64,000 bases of DNA, from the NCBI GenBank assembly GCA_951406725.2, contig OX597842.1, positions 20,894,001 to 20,958,000 on the forward strand, in the 5' to 3' direction. The stretch is from Octopus vulgaris (Eukaryota). Shown piece after piece: positions 1 through 12,800 of this stretch (position 1 is its first letter; every line of letters starts with the position of its first letter). The notes under the pieces are model-generated. The model saw only the letters and a program-made list of their open reading frames with translations. It was not told where the DNA came from and ran no database searches. The position numbers were made by a program, and so were the translations under genes.

Positions 1-640
1 AGGTACAGGAGAGTCAGCTTGACTATATGGAAATCGCTGGAATGCCTGATGCTCGTGCCTGAGTAACGACACACTGCATACAACACACACGTTGAAGTGT
101 TTCATCAACCACCTGAGAAAATAAGAGGTTTTGCGCGATGGGATGCTTTTAATTTATCGAGCCTCCTGCTATCCTAAACTCCTTGAGACGACTGGAAGAT
201 CACAAAATGTCTTAAGGAGTTGATGGCATGGGTTTACATGAGTCACAAGGACACCAAATCAAAATAGGTAGTCTTAGATGCAGGTACTGCTTCTCAGTCA
301 GTAGTGTTCATTTACAATCCATAACCTAGAAGAGAGTGAAAATTCTGGGAAAAGAGTTTTTAATGTAACCGGGGTGACATATAATCCATCAGTGAAGCCA
401 AGGAATCAGAAACTTGGTGCATGCCACCAAAGTGACAATGGGGTAAAATGTATAAAGCCCAGTATACTCATCATGAATACTCGTCTGATAAGGGTACACT
501 AGGCAAATCTGTGGTATTGAGCAGAATATATTTTCCAACCACCGAAATCTTTCGTTTGATACAAGGCCTTCCAGGAATTTCCAGATTTATATCACTGCGT
601 ATCTTTCTCACATTCATTCTACAGAGAAGAGTTTTCACTC

Positions 641-1652
641 TGTTGTGAACGACCGTACGTAAAGGAGTTGGTGACAGAAATGTCTCCTTTGAAACAACGC
701 ACGGTCGTCCCTAAGAAAATAAGAAAACCAGATATGTGGTATAAAAGAATATGAGTGCCAGTAAAGAATAAGGAGAAAAACACAACCGTTCTACTGCTTG
801 AGAGAAAGAAAGACTTTATTTACAGGATGTGTACATAGTGATAAGAGCGTGTGTGAGTGCTAGCAGAGTGTAGTGTCTGAGTGTGTGCACATGTGTCTGT
901 GTGTCCGTTGTAAGTTAAAAGAGTGAAACAACAATACAAAGCAAAGAAAGAATGTCCAGACACAAGATGGAGAATAAATACCAGTTCGTACAGGTACACA
1001 ATAGCAGTTCGCTCTGTGTCAAGGAAGTTGAGGCAAAGAGGAGAGCAGTTGGTATGCGTGTAGAAGTTGGGCGTCGATCCATTTGCCAGGTTACATCGGT
1101 ACAGAAGGTCTTGCCGGTCGTGCTGTGCTGTTAACCTTGGTGTGATTACACAAACAGCGTGTGAGCTAAACTCAAGCGAGTTGCTGTGTACGTACCGTTG
1201 AAGTCGACGGTGGTGATGGCGACGGTAGAGAACGGTGACGTTGAGATGAAGGCGACGGTGGTGGACACGCCCTGCATTGCTGGTGTATGTTGGCGTCGTC
1301 GCTGTCTGGAGCGGGAACATGGCTGGGTCGCTGGCTGTAGCAGGAACATGGCTGGGTCGCTGGAACTAGCTGGTCTGGTCGTCGATGGAACTGGCTTCTC
1401 TGGTGTGGTCAATGGTCAGAGACCAAAGACCCAGATTCACTGGATCACTGGGATTTTATAACATACTAGAGGCTCAAGAAGAAAACCCAAAAGACAGAGC
1501 CACATGATCTTATTGGAAGGTTCTGATTGGTTGGTTCACATATTGGCGCGAAATAAGTCAACAGACAAATTGTGCCAATGCCAACCAATCAGAGCAGTGG
1601 ACACAACAGCGTCGAAATAGCGGCCAAAACTTATCTGTTATCTGCTACGACA
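641..1652 (-). mobile_element. Solo-LTR-like element with Pol II promoter and poly(A) signal
   Basis: TGTCGTAG...TCACAACA termini on the minus strand. Five CCAAT/ATTGG boxes (1512-1589), E2F-like TTTCGCGCCAA (1543-1553), TATAAAA (1460-1454), AATAAA (820-815). No TSD found, so boundaries are uncertain. Confidence 0.5.
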
Positions 1653-2106
1653 TAATTTGTACTGCATATCTCAGAGAGTGCGGATGCATTTCACAAAACG
1701 CTATAACTCTTTCAGTCTTTCCCAGTAGCCAGTATGTTTCCTTGATGCAATTTCGTTTGTGTAGCTTCGTTGGATTGCTTCGAGTTTCGCCGTTATTTTA
1801 ATATTTATGTTGGTATAGTTGGGAGAGGTAGTTCAAACGTCTGAGAACGTATGCTCTCCAGATGACCACATTGAGAAATATATACACACACAAACACACA
1901 CACACACATACACACACATAATACAAATCACTGATGTAAACACCAAATTTTCATATTCGTAAACACTTTCACATTTGCAAATTCATAAGTGGAGAAAATC
2001 TGAGTTAGAGAAGGGCAATTTCAAGAAGTAAAAAACATAGGAAAGCATTAAATATTTAGAAATATACCGTCAAGTGAAGAGTATCAGCAAAACATATTCA
2101 ACTTAC

Positions 2107-2178
2107 AAAAAGTCTAAGCCGGTAAGATTCCTGAATGCTCCTTGCTCAATAGTCGAGATTCTGTTATTCTGTAGATAC
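2107..2178 (-). CDS. 72-bp single-LRR exon A: YLQNNRISTIEQGAFRNLTGLDF(L)
   Basis: Plus-strand acttac at 2101-2106 (= GTAAGT donor) and ct at 2179-2180 (= ttacAG acceptor). Exactly 72 nt, phase 2/2, typical-class LRR consensus. Confidence 0.93.
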
Positions 2179-2553
2179 CTGTAAGATAAAAGAGAACTCA
2201 TAAGAAATAACATAAAAGAGACCCGTTACAATATTTTTTACTATTATATCTGAGGGATAACAGGCAGGAAGATAAGAAAAGGAAGTCGAAGTTTTAGAAT
2301 TCGATGACGGATGTCACGATAATGATGTGTGAAGAACATGATTATAAAGGTGATGGTGAGTGATGACGAAGATTGATGATAATAACGATAACGCTGTTAA
2401 TTATACACTAGTTGGTATTGGTGACACTGTTGGTTGCTGAGCTGAGGATGCTGCGACTGTGGAGTATGATGATGATGTATCAGGTAAAATCTCATAAGAA
2501 GAGAAGGGGATGAGAGGAAGGAATGATGATGCAATATATAGCTATATGTATGG

Positions 2554-2557
<4 letters not shown>

Positions 2558-2638
<81 letters not shown>

Positions 2639-2652
2639 TATAGTATATATGC

Positions 2653-2689
<37 letters not shown>

Positions 2690-2761
2690 AAGGAAATTAT
2701 AATTGTTCCCTTTGAGGCTTTTGACGCCAACTACTTGATAAATTCTTATAAAGATTTTATG

Positions 2762-2855
<94 letters not shown>

Positions 2856-2860
2856 GCATA
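2558..2860. repeat. (TA)n microsatellites (others at ~8527-8765, 11228-11340, 26205-26320, 38434-38530)
   Basis: Direct reading. Confidence 0.95.
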
Positions 2861-3999
2861 TATATATGTATGTATGTAAGTACATATGTATGTAACTACA
2901 TATTTATGTTTGCGTCTTTGTTATTAAATACGTATGTTTTCTTCGATTACAAGATGTTCAGTTTGAAATACAAGTATTATACATGTGTGTTTATGTATAA
3001 ATATGTGTATATATACTATGTATTGCATGTATGAGTGTATATATATTTCTGCCTTTAAGACTTTATTTATATATATTTCCAAGACCCGTTAATTTTTCAC
3101 GGAAGTAATTTTAAGCCTATGCAATAATTTTTGAAATCTTTATTTATAAAATCGAAAGTGTAGACTGCGTTGTGTCTGCATGGAGAGATAGTTGCTCGTC
3201 TGCTATTCATTGGAAAACAAACGAGACTGTAATAAGAAGATTACTTAATGAACTTTATATGGGCACTTAATATATTTTACCTACAATTTTACGGATATAA
3301 TACAGAATACTCATAAAATGAACAGTCACTCTTATTTTTCCATATTTTGCTGTAAACAATAAACAAAAATAAACATCTCATACATATGATACAACATTTC
3401 GTAAAATTGTAAAAATTTGCCACGTCAATAAGCGTGAAAACTTTACGGGATTTCATTTATGCGCATGCGTTATGAGAGAGAGACACGTTGTATAAAACTT
3501 ATTTCAATTGAAAAGCATGCACGCTTTTCACTATCCAATGCAACCACCACTACCTCCACCACTTCCACCAACACAATCGTCATCAACTCTCTTCCTGTCC
3601 CTCTCTCCTCTCCTTCGACTCTGTCTATCTCCCTTCCTTCTTTGCCTAAGTTTACCTTCACCATCAGAACATTACATCTCTGCTAAAGTTATCCTTTCAA
3701 CTCTCCTCTCCGTACAACTAACTTTTAACCACGTTACTAAATATTACGTTGCCCTTATCTTATATCGTGGACGAAATTCCCTCTCCCTTTTACCTTCTCA
3801 CTCTTTTTCTTTGTCCCTTTTTCTCTCTCTCTCTCTCTCTCTCTTTCTATCTATCTATCTATCTATCTCTATCTCTTCACCTTATCCTCTTTCCTGTTTC
3901 CTTTTCCATTCGCTTCAACTACTCACGCGCAATTACATTCCCTCTGCCACACGTCCTGGATGCTCTTCTCTCCCTATTTTCCTTCCTCCCTCATTTTAA

Positions 4000-4006
4000 A
4001 ATAATG

Positions 4007-4074
<68 letters not shown>

Positions 4075-4230
4075 TGTGTACAGTGCTTAGGTGCACTACA
4101 ACTCATCTAAAGTGTATGTATAATCAGGTGTGGTTTCGGCGGATTTCGGAGAGCATGAGGGCCTTAAGGGATGCAGTGTCATGGCAGTCAACGACTGACG
4201 CAGGCAGTTTATTCCATGCTTCAGCAACTC
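4000..4230 (-). mobile_element. 3' tip of a CR1-group LINE with (TTA)n tail
   Basis: Minus frame RVAEAWNKLPASVV (CR1 ORF2 C-terminal motif), followed by a 3'UTR and a (TAA)n tract at 4000-4074. Confidence 0.7.
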
Positions 4231-5084
4231 TCCCCTTTCTTTCTCTCTCTTTCTCTCTAATTACATGAAAACGTTGCCGACACGCTAGGTAATGACATGA
4301 ACAATTTTTTGGTTAATTTTGCAAATTTACTCCTGTTCCAATGCAAAACTATAAATATCCTGATTTTGAAGAAGGATAAATTACATTACTTCTTGGACGT
4401 TCTAGGAAATGAATGTGGTCAACATTAATAAACTTTAATATTATAAATTCATTTGGATTCAAATTAACATTTATATTTATTTTTATGCAGTGTATATTCC
4501 ATGTGGTGTTGAAATAAGCATTATTAATGAATTAAACGTGATCAATTCTCAGTAAGGAAGAATATCACAAACACATTCATATAGAAAACGGGGATATATT
4601 AAAGTACACAAGTGAAGAATTTTTATATATGTGCATGAATCTGGGTATATATATATGTGTGTGAATGTATATACATAAGTATGTTTGTGTATATAGGTAT
4701 GTGTGTGAGTGTATGTGTGTTTGTGTGAACGTGTGTGTACATATATTTGTATATATTTATATTTGTGTGTATGTTTTTGTAAATTATGCAATCACGTATG
4801 TTTGCGTTTATATATGTTTCTAAGTTCCCTTTCAGTCGTTTTTTCGCCGCCATTCCCTGAAGGTGGGTCTAGTTGGCTCCCAAATAGGTGTTCACATCCT
4901 TCAGAAATGCTGACCGCATCCGATGGTCAGCCGCAATCGAAGCTATAATGGATATACACTCACAATTTAAACGCCCAAGTCTATAGACACAATGGACCGA
5001 TCGAACTTCTATGTTCGCCATTACCCATCATTGGCGCATTGTGTATATGTGTATAAAAATATATATATATATTTTGGATATACT

Positions 5085-5560
5085 TTGCATGTTTATATGT
5101 GCAAGGAAGGTCAGATCCATCTTTGATAAACTGATTCCTAGTGAACATATTTCAAAACTTAAGTTGAAGTATTACTTAGGCAAGAAAGGTTAGGCAACAA
5201 AGTGTTTTCTTAACCTATAGAAAAGGTAATGAAGTCTGGGAAGACGGTGTAATAATTAAACAAATAAGGAGAATGGTATTCCTGGTAAAAGGAGAACATG
5301 TCGAACATAAAAGCCATTAACAAACGGAAAGAAAGTTTCACGAAAATAAAAAAAGGAGCCACGAGAAATAACACCCTCATGGAAATATTGCATAAAATCT
5401 TTGAGGTACAAACATCAAAGCAATTTGAATCTAGACGTTCTTGAACCAGACAACGGATAATAAATGAACCATTGGGATTGAACCCTAAGGGTAATCGATA
5501 TTTAATATCAGAGCGGAGATCAATTCTCAAATGGGCAGAATATAGGGGAGACTGATGCAA
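5085..5560 (+). mobile_element. Degraded Gypsy/Ty3 pol C-terminus with purine-rich PPT-like tract
   Basis: ARKVRSIFDKLIP, WEDGVIIKQIRRMVFLVKG and MEILHKIFEV...RRS resemble the post-integrase region of K02A2.6-like Gypsy elements. Contains stops and frameshifts. Confidence 0.55.
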
Positions 5561-6611
5561 AAAGGGGACATTTCATGGAAGGATTCCGACCACCCCACAA
5601 GTGACATAAATGTGGACTGACTTATTGCTATAAATTAAAGCACTGAGCGATTAGCGTTTCGTGTTCCTAGCAGTTCAAGTGAGCTTTGATATGGAGCGTT
5701 GAGTCTCGTATAATAGTAATAGTAGTACGTTGCGTATATAGTTTCCTCCCCACCCCCACCCAGTGCTTAATCAATACAAGGATATACAAATAACCAAGTG
5801 GTAATCGCAAGCCTTAGTGTACAATTTGCCATATCAGGTCATCCTGGCAATTTTAAGTCCGGCATTTACCAATAACGCATTCTTCAGGGTGACATTTGGC
5901 AGCTCTTCTTATAAGAGATTCTGATATCCACAGTGAAGATGAGTCATCGGATTCCTATGAAAATAGATGAGATCAAAGGTACAGGAGAGTCAGCTTGACT
6001 ATATGGAAATCGCTGGAATGCCTCGTTGCCTGAGTAACGACACACTGCATACAACACACACGTTGAAGTGTTTCATCAACCACCTGAGAAAATAAGAGGT
6101 TTTGCGCGATGGGATGCTTTTAATTTATCGAGCCTCCTGCTATCCTAAACTCCTTGAGACGACTGGAAGATCACAAAATGTCTTAAGGAGTTGATGGCAT
6201 GGGTTTACATGAGTCACAAGGACACCAAATCAAAATAGGTAGTCTTAGATGCAGGTACTGCTTCTCAGTCAGTAGTGTTCATTTACAATCCATAACCTAG
6301 AAGAGAGTGAAAATTCTGGGAAAAGAGTTTTTAATGTAACCGGGGTGACATATAATCCATCAGTGAAGCCAAGGAATCAGAAACTTGGTGCATGCCACCA
6401 AAGTGACAATGGGGTAAAATGTATAAAGCCCAGTATACTCATCATGAATAATCGTCTGATAAGGGTACACTAGGCAAATCTGTGGTATTGAGCAGAATAT
6501 ATTTTCCAACCACCGAAATCTTTCGTTTGATACAAGGCCTTCCAGGAATTTCCAGATTTATATCACTGCGTATCTTTCTCACATTCATTCTACAGAGAAG
6601 AGTTTTCACTC

Positions 6612-7623
6612 TGTTGTGAACGACCGTACGTAAAGGAGTTGGTGACAGAAATGTCTCCTTTGAAACAACGCACGGTCGTCCCTAAGAAAATAAGAAAACC
6701 AGATATGTGGTATAAAAGAATATGAGTGCCAGTAAAGAATAAGGAGAAAAACACAACCGTTCTACTGCTTGAGAGAAAGAAAGACTTTATTTACAGGATG
6801 TGTACATAGTGATAAGAGCGTGTGTGAGTGCTAGCAGAGTGTAGTGTCTGAGTGTGTGCACATGTGTCTGTGTGTCCGTTGTAAGTTAAAAGAGTGAAAC
6901 AACAATACAAAGCAAAGAAAGAATGTCCAGACACAAGATGGAGAATAAATACCAGTTCGTACAGGTACACAATAGCAGTTCGCTCTGTGTCAAGGAAGTT
7001 GGGGCAAAGAGGAGAGCAGTTGGTATGCGTGTAGAAGTTGGGCGTCGATCCATTTGCCAGGTTACATCGGTACAGAAGGTCTTGCCGGTCGTGCTGTGCT
7101 GTTAACCTTGGTGTGATTACACAAACAGCGTGTGAGCTAAACTCAAGCGAGTTGCTGTGTACGTACCGTTGAAGTCGACGGTGGTGATGGCGACGGTAGA
7201 GAACGGTGACGTTGAGATGAAGGCGACGGTGGTGGACACGCCCTGCATTGCTGGTGTATGTTGGCGTCGTCGCTGTCTGGAGCGGGAACATGGCTGGGTC
7301 GCTGGCTGTAGCAGGAACATGGCTGGGTCGCTGGAACTAGCTGGTCTGGTCGTCGATGGAACTGGCTTCTCTGGTGTGGTCAATGGTCAGAGACCAAAGA
7401 CCCAGATTCACTGGATCACTGGGATTTTATAACATACTAGAGGCTCAAGAAGAAAACCCAAAAGACAGAGCCACATGATCTTATTGGAAGGTTCTGATTG
7501 GTTGGTTCACATATTGGCGCGAAATAAGTCAACAGACAAATTGTGCCAATGCCAACCAATCAGAGCAGTGGACACAACAGCGTCGAAATAGCGGCCAAAA
7601 CTTATCTGTTATCTGCTACGACA
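6612..7623 (-). mobile_element. Second copy of the solo-LTR-like element (duplicated with the unit)
   Basis: Nearly identical to 641-1652. Confidence 0.5.
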
Positions 7624-8076
7624 TAATTTGTACTGCATATCTCAGAGAGTGCGGATGCATTTCACAAAACGCTATAACTCTTTCAGTCTTTCCCAGTAGC
7701 CAGTATGTTTCCTTGATGCAATTTCGTTTGTGTAGCTTCGTTGGATTGCTTCGAGTTTCGCCGTTATTTTAATATTTATGTTGGTATAGTTGGGAGAGGT
7801 AGTTCAAACGTCTGAGAACGTATGCTCTCCAGATGACCACATTGAGAAATATATACACACACAAACACACACACACACATACACACACATAATACAAATC
7901 ACTGATGTAAACACCAAATTTTCATAATCGTAAACACTTTCACATTTGCAAATTCATAAGTGGAGAAAATCTGAGTTAGAGAAGGGCAAGTTCAAGAAGT
8001 AAAAACATAGGAAAGCATTAAATATTTAGAAATATACCGTCAAGTGAAGAGTATCAGCAAAACATATTCAACTTAC

Positions 8077-8148
8077 AATTCCTTTAAGCCGGAAAGATTC
8101 CTGAATGTTCCTTGCTCAAAAGTCGAGATTATGTTATTCCCTAGATTC
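8077..8148 (-). CDS. 72-bp single-LRR exon B: NLGNNIISTFEQGTFRNLSGLKE(L)
   Basis: acttac at 8071-8076, acceptor tttacAG at 8149-8150. 72 nt. Peptide is visible at the end of ORF 8073..8360. Confidence 0.93.
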
Positions 8149-8573
8149 CTGTAAATAAAAGAGAACTCATAAGAAATAACATAAAAGAGACCCGTTACAA
8201 TATTTTTTACTATTATATCTGAGGGATAACAGGCAGGAAGATAAGAAAAGGAAGTCGAAGTTTTAGAATTCGATGACGGATGCCACGATAATGATGTGTG
8301 AAGAACATGATTATAAAGGTGATGGTGAGTGATGACGAAGATTGATGATAATAACGACAACGCTGTTAATTATACACTGGTTGGTATTGGTGACACTGTT
8401 GGTTGCTGAGCTGAGGATGCTGCGACTGTGGAGTATGATGATGATGTATCAGGTAAAATCTCATAAGAAGAGAAGGGGATGAGAGGAAGGAATGATGATG
8501 CAATATATAGCTATATGTATGGATATGTATATATATATATACATATATATATATATACGTAAGTATATATGCG

Positions 8574-8778
<205 letters not shown>

Positions 8779-9502
8779 GTATGTAAGTACATATGTATGT
8801 AACTACATATTTATGTGTGTGCCTCTTTGTTATTAAATACATATGATTTCTTCGATTACAAGATGTTCAGTTTGAAATACAAGTATTATTCATGTGTGTT
8901 TATGTATAAATATGTGTATATATACTATGAATTGCACGTATGTGTGTATATATATTTCTACCTTTAAGACTTTATTTATATATATTTCCAGGACCCGTTA
9001 ATTTTTCACGGAGGTAATTTTAAGCCTATGCAGTAATTTTTGAAATCTTTATTTATAAAATCGAAAGTGTAGACTGCGTTGTGTCTGCATGGAGAGATAG
9101 TTGCTCGTCTGCTATTCATTGGAAAACAAACGAGACTGTAATAAGATGATTACTTAATGAACTTTATATGGGCACTTAATATATTTTACCTACAATTTTA
9201 CGGATATAATACAGAATACTCATAAAATGAACAGTCACTCTTATTTTTCCATATTTTGCTATAAACAATAAACAAAAATAAACATCTCATACATATGATA
9301 CAACATTTCGTAAAATTGCAAAAAAATGCCACGTACATAAACGTGAAAACTTCACGGAATTTCATTTATGCGCATGCGTTATGAAAGAGAGACGTTCTAT
9401 AAAACCGTATTTCAATTGAAATGCATGCACGCTTTTCACTATCCAATGCAACCACCACTACCTCCACCACTTCCACCAACACCATCGTCATCAACTCTCT
9501 TC

Positions 9503-9975
9503 CAGAAAATGCATTTAGGGTCAAATCTATTTCGAAGAACGCAAATTGAAGGTTTTGATCAGCAAGCTTCGATCTTGCACCGCCAGTATGAAATAGTCAT
9601 ACTCTGCTTTCAGTTCTGGGCTCCTCAGTCACTGATGGGTTGTTGCTTGGTCTACATAAGCATATCGGCTTCGAATTTTATAGTGTTCACGAAGAGGCTT
9701 CTGGCTCCACCGATCCTCAATTTGCTTATGCCCGTTCTCTTTTGCGGTCTGCTTGATTCGTTTGGCGTATATGGTAGCACTGGTTTCAGGTTGTTCATAT
9801 AAATCAGGATTAATGGCAAGTTCCCTTCCAAATTTGCAAGTTTCCTTAGCAATAAAATGTGTTTTTCCTGCTTTCGAGTTTGCACACAAGCTGCAGCATC
9901 CAGCCTTCTGTACTGCATGAGGATTTGTTCATTGCTATTGTCCTACCTTCATCCTTCCTCTTCCCCCATTATTTC
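9503..9975 (-). mobile_element. Dong/R4-clade non-LTR retrotransposon fragment
   Basis: KQIEDRWSQKPL...VDQATTHQ motif, adjacent to the (TAT)n tract at 9980-10058. Confidence 0.75.
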
Positions 9976-9994
9976 TAGGTATTATTATTATTAC

Positions 9995-10059
<65 letters not shown>

Positions 10060-11115
10060 GATGTTTGACTTTTGCTTTACATTTGCACAAGCTGGCTACA
10101 AGTCTCACCCAGAGATCTCAAGAGACAACAAGCTTGAAGTTCGTGTTGGTGTTATGCCTAGGGTGCCATATATTTGGTTTTGTACTTAGTGTTGTACTAG
10201 TGAATGTGTAAAAAAACATACGAAAATTATGTTTGAGGAGTGAGATGTGGTAATTTTCAAGCAGTGGAGATGGTTTGTGATCCCACCAGTTTTTATCATG
10301 GGGCAAGTCCGGGCTTTTGCAAATCATCCAGTTAATATATAGTGCAGCTCCATCATGCCTGTTGAGATACTCTGTAGACGCAAGAAGACTGCACTTGGAG
10401 ACAACATGATCAATGTTGACATACACGACATGTTGGGCTACTGCCGTTCTTTAATATGTTGGCCTGGTAGTTCCTTGTTGGTAGGCATTGATCTTCAGCT
10501 GCTATGATAAACCCTTCTGTTTCAGATTTTAAGCCAGAGGCCATTAGCCATTGATGGGTCAGGGCTTTGTCAACATCTGCATTATTCGCTCTCTTTGGGT
10601 ATTTGCCATTGAGAGGTTTTTCTTGCCATTTATCATTCAGAAAATCTAAGGCAGCAGTTTTAGCACGAGTTTTCATGCGCTTAGCTTTTTCTGTGCTTGT
10701 TTCTTGTGTCTAATTCCGAAATTTGTTGTATTCGGAATTCACTTAGATATTCCTTTGCCTGTTTTGTTACTGTGTATGATGCTTTCTCGTTTTGATGTTT
10801 TGAGATAAGTTTTAACATCCAGTCCTCAGAGTTTTTCAGGTAGGTGTCTAGGCCAATTGTAGAAATCTTCATTGTTATTGCCAGTTGTAAAGGTCCACGG
10901 CCTCCCTCTTTCCTTGGCAGATAAAGTCGTTCTATATTTGCCTTAGGGTGGTGCATTCTATGCATTGTCAACAGTTTTCGTATTTTTCTGTCAACATTAT
11001 ATATTTCAGAAATTGATCAGTTAACGTTGTTGAAACTGTAAGTCACGTCTGGTATGGCTAAAACATCAATCGCTTCGATCCTGTTTCTCGCATGCAGCTC
11101 TGTCTTGAGTATTGA
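10060..11115 (-). mobile_element. 5'-truncated Dong/R4-clade element ending in (TAA)n
   Basis: HHPKANIERLYLPRKEGGRG, KWQEKPLNGKY, GLKSETEGFIIAAEDQCLPTRNY, CRVC...IDHVVSKC..LA..EYLNRHD (CCHC region). 3' end abuts TAA repeats, the known Dong target. Confidence 0.88.
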
Positions 11116-11226
11116 GTATATCTCCTGCCAAAGACGAAACATTAAAGGACTATATATTTATCCACATATTTCAGACACAAATGTACATATGAATATGCAC
11201 GCACTTTACACATAATATATATTTGT

Positions 11227-11346
<120 letters not shown>

Positions 11347-12039
11347 TTATTATATATTTATTGTGTGTCCATTGTTCTTGCAGGCCATAAGTCATTTTAT
11401 CGCTACCTCTTTATTTATTTATAAATAAATTTAGATATTTTCCCCTCCGTTGAAATGCAAGACTCTATATAACACGGAATTCCAACAATAAATTTTGTTG
11501 CATTTAAACCTTTCTTTAAATGCACTTGGTTAAACTAATGATTGAGTATTATGATTTCGTTAGTTTTAATATTAACATTGATATTCATGAAATCTACGTC
11601 CCATGTAAATTTAAATTGAACTTGATTAAAATTTTGAATGTTGCAGCATAAATTCCAATTTCTGTTTGTTTAACCGTGAAAAGAGCTATAAAGAATCAAT
11701 TAGAATTAGGAAGGTAATAACTTCTCCATGTGAACAAGAAGAAATATATGTGAATTTATATATAAGTAAATGAAGAGGTAGGGGAAAAAGATTTGAGCTC
11801 AGGAACACAGATACACACACACACACAAAAATGAATTATATACATATAAATTTATATATATTTCTACACGGAAACACACTCTAGAGGGAATAAAGGGGCT
11901 GCCCAATACACTGCAATTGGCGCTGCCACCGACGGGATTGACTCTAGTCCGCTTCTCCAACGGTAAACACGAAGATTGTTTTCATTTTTGCATGCTTTAA
12001 TGACAATGTCCGACATATGGGTGAATGAGCGTAGGTGCA

Positions 12040-12800
12040 ACGTGGCAACGGAAAACAATTTGGTGTCGATGAAACAGGTGATATTCTAAGCAGATATTCG
12101 CGGCCTTTAGGGAACACTACGTGCATCAGTTTGTGGAGGTTAGTGGTCCATTGACTATGAAGGTCTTAACCGTCAACGTAGACGGCTTGCGGCAACACTC
12201 GAATGAAACTACGCCGTTCTACAAATGGTGGAAAATTGTTGCGGTATTCGAGATGCCGGGTTAGAGGTTGCCATGGCTTGAGGATCAGCCTTACGCAGTT
12301 TAAAAATATTTGGCATAAATAGCAGTGATTGTAATGGCAGGTGTCTACAACAAAGGAAAGTAGAACGAGATGATTCTTAGCCCTGATAAAAGGTGGGGTC
12401 ACGAAAATGTCGAGAAAGAACTCGAAAAAAATGTATTTGATAATAATTTGAGACCTGAAATTAGGCTAAATGCCGAAGATTCCATATCAAAATCATCTAA
12501 GCACAACAGGTTCCTGCTTGCACAGTACATCACAGACAGAATGAGTAACAAATGCGTTTCCAATGAAATCCTAATTTTGTGTTAGTCAAATGCCAACTGT
12601 TGGCGCCTGCACTGAAGGAAGCCGGATTCGATCCTGTTTCCAGGTGCTGGATCGCAGTAACCTACAACAAATTTTGCTTCTTGGAACCATTCAAATGAAC
12701 TGAAACTAAGAAGACCTGGCGAACAGGCTATAAGCAGAGAGGTAGTGTGGTGGAGAATACAGAACGGTTAAAGAGAGAGAGATAATACGATCAAACTCTC
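12040..12800 (+). mobile_element. Ancient, internally deleted Tx1/L1-clade ORF2 relic in the repeat unit (also ~19400-20160, ~39230-39990; more diverged at ~27880-28260 and ~30150-30620)
   Basis: Best-preserved copies read ALKEAGFGPVSRGWIAVTY, DNNLRPEIRLNAE and DSKQIFAAFRKHY, matching VLRAAGFGPVFRGWIAALY, DNFRPITLLNAD and EPSKMCEAFQRHF of the element at 33187-34521. Confidence 0.75.

Noticed and set aside
820-1320. 166-aa ORF and its duplicate 6791-7291 as a protein gene
   Set aside because: No recognisable domain, lies inside the LTR-like element, and its conservation is explained by recent duplication.
2510-3034. YIYI / YLSI / CVCV / HTHT ORFs here and elsewhere (e.g. 8366-8842, 35926-36537, 56355-57056)
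   Set aside because: Translations of (TA)n, (TCTA)n and (CA)n microsatellites.
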